Virus record (IMG/VR): IMGVR_UViG_2571042740_000001
Location: 1-64,000 of that record
Source of the DNA: a virus
Taxonomy: Duplodnaviria > Caudoviricetes
DNA: 64,000 nt
Reading direction: 5' to 3' (one strand)
Of the stretch, positions 19,520 through 29,400 are shown piece by piece. The stretch's first letter is position 1. Every line of letters starts with the position of its first letter. A program made the position numbers and the translations under genes. The notes beneath the pieces were generated by a model. That model was not told where the DNA came from. It did not search any database and saw only the letters and a program-made list of their open reading frames with translations.

Positions 19520-19981
19520 TTACTTTTTTCCGTCTTCAAGATCATCGATCATTTCCTGAATATCATCGTCAATGTGCTGCGCTCTCTTTTGAAGCACCTC
19601 GATAGCTTTCTTAATAGCAGGCGGATACGGGATTCCCATGAGACTGGTGTTTTCAATAATAGAAAGCAGTTCATTGACACAGAAGCCAATGCAGGTCGCA
19701 TCTCGGATATATGTGGTACCGATCATGATATCCATACGGACAGCCACAACCACCATGAGCAGAATGCAGAACTTCTTCGCAAGCCCGACCCAGCCTGCTT
19801 TGGAACTCAGTCTGCCGGTCTTGCTGTGCTTGCTTCTGCCCATAGATGCGGTAATCAGTCCGGTTGTGAAGTCGATTGCCATGAAAATGAGGATTGTTGC
19901 CAATGCTGAATCCCACCCTCCGAGCAGCGCCGCAAAAAAGCCGCCGATGACCCCGGCGGCAGTACAGATATTTTCTTTCAT
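19520..19981 (-). CDS. Holin (phage holin 4_1 family)
   Basis: LLGGWD...IDFTTG...SSKAGWVGLAKK...NELLSIIEN..LMGIPYP. Confidence 0.9.
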   Translation of the reverse strand: MKENICTAAGVIGGFFAALLGGWDSALATILIFMAIDFTTGLITASMGRSKHSKTGRLSSKAGWVGLAKKFCILLMVVVAVRMDIMIGTTYIRDATCIGFCVNELLSIIENTSLMGIPYPPAIKKAIEVLQKRAQHIDDDIQEMIDDLEDGKK

Positions 19982-19993
19982 TCAATCATCCTT

Positions 19994-20665
19994 TCAAATT
20001 GTCACATCTACAACCTTCACAGCGCGGATCATCGGACTGGTATTGTCGGTGATCGCTTTCCATGCAAGGTAATACTCTCCCGAAGGAATGTTACTGCACT
20101 CATGCAGTACATTGACATAGTTGCCCACAGTGCCGAGCCAGCCGAACGGAACAGAAATAGCACTATGATTCCGGATAGCCTCATAGATATACCTTGCAGT
20201 TTCTGCCGAAGAAAGACCGGCGTTATTTTTCGGAACAAGCCACATCTCACCGATATCCGTAGCACCCGACTTATAGCTCAGCATGATCTTGTTAGAAGAG
20301 CTGATGTGAACAGGCTCCACACACATCGTGTAAATGGTCTGCCCCCAGTTGAAGTCCGGCTGATTGTAGTAGATCGCATAGCCGTTCTCTTCGCAGCAGA
20401 AATGCTGATAGGATTCTGTGAAGCCTGCAAGGGAGCGATAGCCGTCGTTATAGAAGGTGTAGACCTTTTCGCCGTAATCATGGAGCGCGTCAATGGAAGC
20501 CCTGAACAGCGTGACATCCGGCTTTGTCTGCGGGATCTGTAGCACCTTCGGCACGAGTGAGTTCAGCTTTTCAGATTCCGAAGCCTGCACGCCCATTGTG
20601 ACAAGATTTCGGGCTAAAGCATCCCTCTGCTCATCGAGAGCCGTCAGATAGTTTCCGATACTCAT
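19994..20665 (-). CDS. Tail-associated hypothetical protein
   Basis: Coupled to the upstream tail gene, beta-rich C-terminus. Confidence 0.65.
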   Translation of the reverse strand: MSIGNYLTALDEQRDALARNLVTMGVQASESEKLNSLVPKVLQIPQTKPDVTLFRASIDALHDYGEKVYTFYNDGYRSLAGFTESYQHFCCEENGYAIYYNQPDFNWGQTIYTMCVEPVHISSSNKIMLSYKSGATDIGEMWLVPKNNAGLSSAETARYIYEAIRNHSAISVPFGWLGTVGNYVNVLHECSNIPSGEYYLAWKAITDNTSPMIRAVKVVDVTI

Positions 20666-22020
20666 GTCGTCACCTCCACAATATCCGCCAGTGCTGTCTC
20701 AACTCCGGAGAGGGCTTCCTCAACAGCAGAAAGCCTTGAGAGAATATCCGAGATACTCGTCCTGCACCCCTGCATATCATAGAGGATCTCAGTCTTGAAG
20801 CGCTCAAATACTCCCTCATTGACACCCACACGCTCAGTCAGATTCATGGCTGTAGTATATGCATCGTTCCAGCGAGTGACGTGGGATTCCGTGATACTGT
20901 TCAGCGTCGTAAGGTTGTGATGCCAGTGGGCCTGTCCGACAACTGTTGCGATGGATGCGATATCATCAAGCATTTCCTGTGTGATGCCGTCCAGCACTGC
21001 CTTGTTTGTATGCGAATGCGACTGTGCGGAGACTTCGCTCAGACCTGTAGACAGCCCATGCAGAGCGCTTGCGGTTGAAGCCTGAAAAGCAGCTTGATCA
21101 CGCATATACTGTTCTGTGATGGTATCCAGCACATCCTTGTTGTTATGTGTATGCGCAGCAGAACTGATCGGAAGAAGTGCTTCCCGGATATCATGAATAT
21201 CATAGGTTGTTGCATCCTCAAACTGCTGCAAGCCCTGCAGGTCAGCAAGTAGCGCCGCCGTCAGTGCATTCAGCACATCGAGATTCGCATGGCTGTGCGT
21301 ACTCGGTCTGAGGTTCTCCACAGCTTCGTTCAATGTCTGAATCTCGTACTGTGTTCTGTCCTCAAACTGCTGCAGGTCGTCAAGCTCCTGCAGAAGTTCA
21401 GGTGTGATTGCATCGAGCGTTTCCTTGTTATCGTGGCTGTGTGCCTCTTCTGCAACGGGAGCGATCTCACGCTCGATGATCGTTGTGACCTCAGATGTTT
21501 TCGGGTACTCCGACATATCCGGCGTGATGCCGTCCTTGCCCTTCAGACTTTCCAGCCACTCCTCTTCAGTGCCGACATAGCCGTGCTCCACAGCGATTTC
21601 ATAGGCACTCTTGCCGTCCAGTCCATGCTCTGCATCCTCGATACGCTTCAGAAGCTGCGTATACAGATCAGGTGTTGGCGGGATGGGCGGATCATCACCC
21701 TCAAAGCCGGATTCACGAATATTCAGCGTAACCGGAACAGTTGTTGCTCTCACGGTTGTATCGGATTCCGTATCGTAGCCGAATACAGCCATTTTTGCCG
21801 CACCTGCGTGAAGCTCCGCAGGCAGATACAAAGTCGTTCCATCCGTGCCGAGCACAACGGAATACACCTCATCACACTGCGAAAACTGCACGACCTTGTG
21901 AAAACGCTTCCAATCGCCGTCAAATGTGAATTTGAACTGCACATACTGAATCTGGTGGTCCGCAAGCACTTCACGTTCAATGATCTCAATGCTCTGGTTC
22001 TTTACAAGGAATTTCCACAT
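20662..22020 (-). CDS. Baseplate-upper/tail fibre protein with five HxH repeats
   Basis: BppU-like N-terminus, GKSAYEIAVEHGYVGTEEEWLESLKG, repeated HxHxNxxxLxxIT. Confidence 0.75.
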   Translation of the reverse strand: MWKFLVKNQSIEIIEREVLADHQIQYVQFKFTFDGDWKRFHKVVQFSQCDEVYSVVLGTDGTTLYLPAELHAGAAKMAVFGYDTESDTTVRATTVPVTLNIRESGFEGDDPPIPPTPDLYTQLLKRIEDAEHGLDGKSAYEIAVEHGYVGTEEEWLESLKGKDGITPDMSEYPKTSEVTTIIEREIAPVAEEAHSHDNKETLDAITPELLQELDDLQQFEDRTQYEIQTLNEAVENLRPSTHSHANLDVLNALTAALLADLQGLQQFEDATTYDIHDIREALLPISSAAHTHNNKDVLDTITEQYMRDQAAFQASTASALHGLSTGLSEVSAQSHSHTNKAVLDGITQEMLDDIASIATVVGQAHWHHNLTTLNSITESHVTRWNDAYTTAMNLTERVGVNEGVFERFKTEILYDMQGCRTSISDILSRLSAVEEALSGVETALADIVEVTT

Positions 22021-23369
22021 TATTCACGCACCTCCGTCCATTCGTGGGTTTCTGTATCATACTGCATATATCCGTCAAGACAGATGACCCTGTGCATATT
22101 ACCGGGCGCAGTACTACTATTGCCGTCCCAGTTAGATTCCTTTGTCACTGCTGCCCATTCTGCAAGAGTGCCCTCATAGGTGATCTCCTGAATTGGAGTG
22201 TAATTTATCATATGAGCGCAGATCTTTGTTACATTATGGCTCAGAGTAAGGCTCCGAAGCGGTGTGCTAACAAAACAAAAACCCGGAACTATAGCACATT
22301 CTACTCTTGCTCTTGAAAGATAAGGGCAGCCCATGAAGATATATGTGCCGAGTGTAGTAAGTGTTTCTGGAAGTGTCACATTCGTAATATGCTGGTCCAC
22401 AAATGCTTTCTCTCCGATTGCGGTTATATTCGCCGGAATAATAAGCTCGGTTAGTCCGCCGTGTTCGTACATAAAGAATGCACGCTCTCCGATCTCGGTA
22501 AGAGTTGTCGGAAAGCTGACAGACTCCATATTTTTACATCGTTCAAAGTTACTCTTACCGATAGCGGTAATGCCTTCGGAAATAACAAGTGAACGGATAT
22601 TTTCATTCTCCCAGAACGGTGAATCACCAAGTTCATAATCATAGGTCACACCGGTACCATGAAGAAGCAGTTTTCCGTTCTCGTACAGTACATAGTGGAT
22701 ATGCTCGCCGCAGGTACCGATCTCAACGATACCGCCGATGATATCATCGACTTCGGTCTGAAGTGCCTCCACCTGATGACTGAGTTCTGCAATGGTCTGA
22801 TTGTTCTCCTGAACCTCTGCGATAAGCTGTGCAAGCTGAGACTGCATATCCGTTACTTTGCATTTACCGAGGATGCATTTGCAGTAGCCGCAGACATTCT
22901 TGTCCTCTCGATAATCGTACCAGTCACGCTCTGTAAGGTCGGTAGCACCCGGATTCAGACGAACCGCATACATGAGCAGTCTTGTTTTATATTCATCTGT
23001 CGGCAGTGACGGCAGGCTCGGATTCTCCGCAGGCGTACCGGGCGTTATCTCAAGAGATACATTTCGTACTGATTCTCCGACATCAAGCAGAATTGCGATC
23101 GCCACATAACGCGGTAGCGACTCATCCTGATACTCTGTAAGGTCAATGGTGTAGCGGGAGTCGTTGACGAAATAGTGGCCGTCGATCCATGCTTTGCCTG
23201 TGCCGAGCCTGACTTTGAGGCCGGTGTCGGCGGTGGTCAGCTTGAAACACTGCCCATATGTGTCGAGAATACCGTTGCAGATGATGCTACTGAGATACTC
23301 TGTGAAGTTCTCTGCCGTATAGGTTCTGTCAAGCCCTTTTGAATTGAAAAAACCGCATGAAAATGCCAT
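22020..23369 (-). CDS. Tail protein with BspA-type leucine-rich repeats (candidate receptor-binding protein)
   Basis: N-terminal FFNS...DRTYTAE. LRR_5 units such as SLVISEGITAIG and TLTEIGERAF. Confidence 0.8.
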   Translation of the reverse strand: MAFSCGFFNSKGLDRTYTAENFTEYLSSIICNGILDTYGQCFKLTTADTGLKVRLGTGKAWIDGHYFVNDSRYTIDLTEYQDESLPRYVAIAILLDVGESVRNVSLEITPGTPAENPSLPSLPTDEYKTRLLMYAVRLNPGATDLTERDWYDYREDKNVCGYCKCILGKCKVTDMQSQLAQLIAEVQENNQTIAELSHQVEALQTEVDDIIGGIVEIGTCGEHIHYVLYENGKLLLHGTGVTYDYELGDSPFWENENIRSLVISEGITAIGKSNFERCKNMESVSFPTTLTEIGERAFFMYEHGGLTELIIPANITAIGEKAFVDQHITNVTLPETLTTLGTYIFMGCPYLSRARVECAIVPGFCFVSTPLRSLTLSHNVTKICAHMINYTPIQEITYEGTLAEWAAVTKESNWDGNSSTAPGNMHRVICLDGYMQYDTETHEWTEVRE

Positions 23370-23373
23370 AATA

Positions 23374-24486
23374 TCATTCCTTTCTGAATGTCGGTGTCAG
23401 GCTTCTGCCGTTCTGATCGAAAGCCTCGATCATGCCGATAAGCTGCACTTTCGGCTGTAGCATACCAAATCGCTTATGCTCGACAGTCACATAATCACCG
23501 ACGAAATAATCACGGTTGTAGACATATTGCGTGCTATCCGCTGCAATCTCCGACTCCGATGCAGTTTTCGGATCGACCAGCTTTTCAGACCCGCGTGTTT
23601 TCAGCAGTGCGATATACTGCCCCTCCGGAATCGGCACTGTTTCACCTTCGACCTGTTCCTCCTCTGAGATGTCCTTTGCATCAACATAAAGCTCGTACCT
23701 GTCAAGATAGGTCGGCTCAGTATCCACACAATATGTGGTATTCTTGCGCTCTGCGCCCTCACCGTGACCATAGATGTAGGCGAAGTTGCGAGTAACAGCA
23801 GAATCTGAAGCATATGAGAATGACAACAGATTGCTGTAGGCATCGGAGAATATAATGTGCGGATTCTCTTCCTGCAATAGACTGCGGTCTGTGCCTTCTG
23901 CGAGATCAAGCACCATTTTATAGGTTTCGCCAACATCCTTCACAAGTCGGATATTTGCAGAGCCGCCGATCTTCTCACAGATCGTGTATACCCATTCCAT
24001 GAGATTTTCATAGGATACCTGCAGCGTTGCGGTTTGTTCCCAGCAAGCCCCCGATACTGAGCCGAGTGATAAGCCGGGAATGCGACGGTTATCATTGAGA
24101 AGTGTATTCTGCCTGACAATATCATGCACAATTTCGCTGTATGCCTTCTGCGCCGTGACATTATATGTCGGGTGAATGATGCGGCGCTCCAGCAGGCACA
24201 TGAGAAATCTGCCTTTTACGGTCAGATAGTCGCCGTTCTCAGCATCTGTATCAATTTGAACGGAATCAATAATGCCGAAATGCTGACTGTCATCATCCCT
24301 GCCGACAATTCTGCCTGTCTGGAAGATTGATAGATTCTCCGGATTGGCGGCGATATACACTTCAAAGCAGCCGCACTGATAATACTCAATATCCCACAGT
24401 AGCGAGGAAAAACTGTCACACACTGCTTCGAGTGTGATCGTTAGGCTGTCTGCCTCAGCGTCCATTCTGTATACTTCAATCTGCAT
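23374..24486 (-). CDS. Siphovirus Gp37-like tail/baseplate protein
   Basis: SLLW..EYY.CG.FE, GHGEGAER, RYELYVDAKD, DYFVGDYVTV. Confidence 0.8.
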   Translation of the reverse strand: MQIEVYRMDAEADSLTITLEAVCDSFSSLLWDIEYYQCGCFEVYIAANPENLSIFQTGRIVGRDDDSQHFGIIDSVQIDTDAENGDYLTVKGRFLMCLLERRIIHPTYNVTAQKAYSEIVHDIVRQNTLLNDNRRIPGLSLGSVSGACWEQTATLQVSYENLMEWVYTICEKIGGSANIRLVKDVGETYKMVLDLAEGTDRSLLQEENPHIIFSDAYSNLLSFSYASDSAVTRNFAYIYGHGEGAERKNTTYCVDTEPTYLDRYELYVDAKDISEEEQVEGETVPIPEGQYIALLKTRGSEKLVDPKTASESEIAADSTQYVYNRDYFVGDYVTVEHKRFGMLQPKVQLIGMIEAFDQNGRSLTPTFRKE

Positions 24487-24489
24487 ATA

Positions 24490-25356
24490 TCACACTCCAA
24501 GATAAGCATTTGTGTGTACGATCGTCACTTTCAGATTTTGCAGTCCGGTACCGCGCAGATAAAAGCGGTTTTTGCCTTCACGCAGCGTCAGCCATGTTGA
24601 ACCGGAAACAAGACGGTTGATGATATTCGTCTTAACGCCGCCTCTGTCAAGCGTGACCGTCTTATGACCTGTCTTTGTTGTAACAGTAATGATATCACCT
24701 GCGAGAATATCGCCCGTGATCTGCAAATATTCATCGGTATCCGCATTGTACAGCGTGGGTGATCTTGCATCTTCGAGGGCTTCAATCTGCAAAGTAAAGC
24801 CTATCTCGTCACCATCGTTGATGATCTCCATGATGTTTTGTGTATTGTATTTGCCCAGTACAAATGGCTCCGGGTTGCTCTCGGTCGGAAACGGGAATGT
24901 GAAAGCGCCAGTGATCTGGCTGTAATATGCCATGACGGATTCCGTGGAGTACCAGTAGATGTCCGGGCAGAGTATGGATATCTGTCCAGTGACAAGCTGC
25001 TCAAAGTTGCTGACCTCGCAAGTTTCCACATAGCCCTCGGTGAAAACATCTATGCCTGCCGTCTTGTAGTAGACCTTGACATATCGGCTCGGTTTCACCA
25101 CCTTGTATAGCTGATGTCGGCGGCCTTCTACGCCCACACCTCGCATCTCAAAGTGAATGACCACATTACGCTTCTCGATGAAGGCGTTGTTCAGATAACT
25201 GCCGTCCATACCTGCGTAGGAGGAGGTGCTGATCGTGCCGGGCGGCGGAGAAAGCCCCTCGATCTTTGAGGTCATATATTGGTTTGCGGTCGCCGTCATG
25301 TTGATCTGGACTCCGGCTGCATTTTCTAATATAAGGCTGAAAAACATGATAAGCAC
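24490..25356 (-). CDS. Distal tail protein
   Basis: Follows the tape measure. GMDGSY....IEKRNVV, CPDIYW, WLTLREGKN. Confidence 0.8.
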   Translation of the reverse strand: MLIMFFSLILENAAGVQINMTATANQYMTSKIEGLSPPPGTISTSSYAGMDGSYLNNAFIEKRNVVIHFEMRGVGVEGRRHQLYKVVKPSRYVKVYYKTAGIDVFTEGYVETCEVSNFEQLVTGQISILCPDIYWYSTESVMAYYSQITGAFTFPFPTESNPEPFVLGKYNTQNIMEIINDGDEIGFTLQIEALEDARSPTLYNADTDEYLQITGDILAGDIITVTTKTGHKTVTLDRGGVKTNIINRLVSGSTWLTLREGKNRFYLRGTGLQNLKVTIVHTNAYLGV

Positions 25357-25420
25357 CCCCCTTGTTTTTTCTATGGGATTGATGTATAATACTTATATAA
25401 AAGTCTGAGAGGAGTTAAGT

Positions 25421-26425
25421 ATGAAACAGATTCAGATTGGCGATTACTTATTTATGTCTTGTGATGAAAAAGATAAAAAGAACATTGTAAATGATTTCAT
25501 AAAGAATGAAAGTGTGACTTTCCTCGAATACTATCAGTTTTTGCTAAATGGAGGATTTGATGAACTTGAAAAGCAACTGTTTGAACACTTTAAAATCAAA
25601 AAGTGGCCTTCAATAACGAATGACGATATTATTTGTAGCATTCTCCCTAAATCAGAACCTGATCGAATTAATAAAAGAAAAAAGAAAGACTATTATATAG
25701 CAAATGCATACTGTGCATTTGATGTGTTAAAACAGATATACAGTTTGGAATTATATAACCAATTGAAAAATATATCATCAACATACTATTTTACATACTA
25801 TCTTATTCTAAAAAACATCATGATGGATATAGATCAGCTTAAAAATTTATATAGTAATTTAATTGAAAACGACTTCAGATATCCAGCTTCTGTAAATAGA
25901 CCCATACATACAATGGAACTACACAATGTTCTACGCCAAGCTGTATACGGAAACATCTCTTTTCATTCATTTGCTGATTATGAAACCGCTGCACCTATTG
26001 CTGTAATTAGACAAATTATTGAATTGCGTATTCGGAGAGCAATCGGTGTTCTGGGCTATATTGATGAATCGAGTAATAACATCTATCCTTTGAAAATGAC
26101 AAAGGTATTTGAAATAATTAAACAGTATCCAGATATTATATTTCCAAATCACTTGACTTATCTTGAGCGAATATATCAATGGAGTAATTTGTACATCCAT
26201 TCTGGCAAAGGAGATTTTGCTTGGATTACGTTTTTCCTTGAGAAATATTTGCGCCCATTAAGTTTTGGAGACAGAAAAAAAGATGGGAACTGGAGCTTTA
26301 AAAATGCTATTACCGTAACCAAAGAAACATTAGATAATATTAAACAAGATATACAGAATCTGAATCCAAACCTTCAGCTATTAACGTGTGATCCTGAATG
26401 TGAACTTACTGAAAGACAGGATTAA
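25421..26425 (+). CDS. Low-GC moron, candidate HEPN-like defence protein
   Basis: AT-rich, own promoter (TTGTTT-17-TATAAT at 25362-25390), IRQIIELRIRR and YQWSNLYIHSG. Confidence 0.7.
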   Translation: MKQIQIGDYLFMSCDEKDKKNIVNDFIKNESVTFLEYYQFLLNGGFDELEKQLFEHFKIKKWPSITNDDIICSILPKSEPDRINKRKKKDYYIANAYCAFDVLKQIYSLELYNQLKNISSTYYFTYYLILKNIMMDIDQLKNLYSNLIENDFRYPASVNRPIHTMELHNVLRQAVYGNISFHSFADYETAAPIAVIRQIIELRIRRAIGVLGYIDESSNNIYPLKMTKVFEIIKQYPDIIFPNHLTYLERIYQWSNLYIHSGKGDFAWITFFLEKYLRPLSFGDRKKDGNWSFKNAITVTKETLDNIKQDIQNLNPNLQLLTCDPECELTERQD

Positions 26426-26442
26426 AAAAACATCTCCTCAAG

Positions 26443-26477
26443 AGCAACGCTCAATTATTAAAGTGTTGAGCGTTGCT
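26443..26477. terminator. Hairpin between convergent genes
   Basis: AGCAACGCTCAA/TTGAGCGTTGCT perfect 12-bp arms. Confidence 0.75.
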
Positions 26478-26493
26478 TGTGAAGAAGATATTT

Positions 26494-29400
26494 TTATATA
26501 TTAAGTGCATTCCGCGTCTGACGATAGATTTCCAGCCGTGACAGCGATTTCGGACTATTATTGGTCTGATTCACTGTGCGGCTGTTGTCGTTATTGTAGT
26601 TGTTCACCACAGTTGTGCCGCCCGCGCCTACCATTGCGCCGGTCACACCGGACATATCCACATTGAAGTCAGAATTCATCGCAATGGCCATAGCGTCCGC
26701 CACACCGGAGATTGCCTTCTCGACATATTTCTTGCTCTTGTTGATACCCTGTGCAAGCCCCTTCATGAAGTCCGGCATCCAGCTTTCAAACTCCGTCAGA
26801 GGTCCCTTATCAGGAACGGAGAAATGCAGATAATCGCTGATCGCTCGTGCCACATCCGCAACAGTGTTGATGAGATTGCCGAGCATATAGTTCAGACCGT
26901 TGATAAGGTTCTGCATGAGGTCGCGTCCCCACGACCATGAACTGTTGACCTTGTCCATGACCGCATCATATACAGCCCTCATTGCATTTGTGACTGCATC
27001 ACGCACGCCGCCAAGCCGATCACCGATACCGTTCCGGATATTATCCCAGATAGACAGCACAGCGTCCTTTACCTGATTCATTGGATTTCTCACGATATCC
27101 GGCATCGCGTTCCATACAGACTGCACCACGGTTCTGATCGCATTCAGCGCAGTATTCACTACATCCTTCGCAGCATTCCATGTTGTAGAGATCATATTTT
27201 TGATGTCAAGCTGTCCGGTATTGATGAGCGTTTTCATTGCTGTCCAGACCGCAGTCACGATCTTTTTGATCCCATCCAGTGCTGCCTCAATAACAGATAC
27301 AGCCGCTTTCCATGTTGTGGTGATGACCTTTTTGATGCTGTCGAGCGCATTTTCAACCACGGAAACAATGGCCTTCCATCCGCCTGTGATACCGATTTTG
27401 ATCTGCGACATGGTCGCATCAATTGCTGTATTCGCATTTGCCCAGACGTTTTTTACAGTATCAAAGACCTGTTCCATGAACCCCTGCACTGCAGTGACAA
27501 CATTGGACAGAGCATTTCTGATAACAGTGCTGATCGTTTCTGCAAGATTGCCTGCAAAGCCATTGATTGCATCGCCAACAACACCAGCGTTCTGGTTGAT
27601 ACCGTCTGCAAGTCCCTGCATGAAGTCAGGCATCCAGCTCTCGAAATCAGCCAGAGGTCCTTCATCCGGTACCGAGAAGTGCAGGAAAGACTTGATCTTA
27701 TCTGCAACGCCCTTTACAGCGTCTGCAACCTTGCCTATACAGTTTTTAATACCGCTGACAATGTTGTTGATGATATCCGCGCCCCACTGAAATGCCTGAG
27801 AGCCGAGATTTTTAATGAAGTTTACTGCCGCATTGAAGCCGTTGACAATCGTATCCTTGATGGCTGTGATCTTTTCGGTGACCGCTGATTTCACACTGTT
27901 CCAGATATTGGAGACAGTGTTTTTTATTGCGTTCATGACTGTGCTGACTGTATTTTTGATGCCGTTCCAGATGTTGGATACCGTAGAGGAAATAGCGTTC
28001 AGGACGCTGCCGACAAATCCGCTGATCGCATTCCATACAGCCGATACGACTGCATGAATCGCATTCAGCGTATTGGTGATGTGATTCTTAATGCTCTCCC
28101 AGATAGAGGAGATCACTGACCAGATTGCATTCAGAATACTGGAGATGAAGCCGGAGATCGCATTCCATACGGTAGAGATCACATTGGAAATGGTATCCAT
28201 TACCGTGCTGACAGTGGTAGAGATCGCATTCCAGATCGTTTCAAAAAATGTCTTGATGCCCTCTAGAACGATTGTCACAACAGCTTTTATCGTCTCCCAT
28301 GTTGTAGTGATCTTTTCGTGAATCCAGTCCATAACACGGGAGATGATCACATGGATCGCTTCAAAAATCGTCTCGAACAGATACCTGAATGCCTCCAGCA
28401 GCGGAGAGATAAAGTCGTAAATGGTCTGCCATACAGTTGTGATAACCGACCAGATCGCATTCAGCACCGTGCTGATCGCTGTATGAATCGCGTTCCAAAC
28501 GACAGTGATAACAGTTTGGATGAGGTTGATTTTCTCTGCGACGCTGTTGTAAATTGCAGTCCAGATACCGACAAAGAAATTCTTGATACCCGTCCAGATA
28601 GTTGTGAAAAAGTTCTTGATCGCATTGAGGACTGTGCTTACGAAGTTCTTTATACCGTTCCAGATGTTCACAAAGAAGTTCTTGATGCTCGTCCAGACGC
28701 CTACCCAGAAGTCCTTTACTTCACCAAGATCTGTACCGAAAATACCGCAGAGCATATTCAGCGCATTTTTCAGCGTATCCTTGATGAAATTCCATACCGC
28801 TACGAAAATACCCTTAATACCGTTCCATACCTTATCCCAGTCTCCCGTGAAGATGCCGACGAAAACATCCAGAACACTCAGGATGATGTCTGTCACGGCC
28901 TTGAAGATATTCGCGATCTGCTGGAACTGCCCCTCAAAGATCGGTTTCAGGAACTTGCAGAGACCGTCCCATACAGCCTTGATGATCTCGGTGATGTTTT
29001 TGAAATCGAAGCCCAGCGCATTGATACGGTCAACGATACCCTGACAGAAGCCGGAAAAGATACTTTTGATCTGTTCCCAGATCGCAGTGATCTTGTTTCG
29101 GAAGTCCTCATTTGTTTTCCATAGATGCACAAAAGCCGCTACCAGAGCGGCGATGACCGCAATGACAGCGACTACGGGTGCGGATATACCGCCGATAGCT
29201 GCGCCGAAGGATGAAAATGCTGCTTTTGCGCCTGCGATCATGGAAGGCAGGTTTGCTACAAGCTGCATCAGCTTGCCGACACCGACCATTGTTTTGCCGA
29301 TGACGAGAAGCAGCGGCCCCAGTGCCGCCGCCACAAGAGCGATTTTCACGATAGTCTCCTTCGTTGCCGGAGACATCGCATTGAATTTATCAATAAGTCC

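Noticed and set aside
26740-27700. TMP duplication as a DGR template/variable repeat pair
   Set aside because: Differences are mostly synonymous and not adenine-specific, both copies are in frame in one gene, and no reverse transcriptase is in the window.
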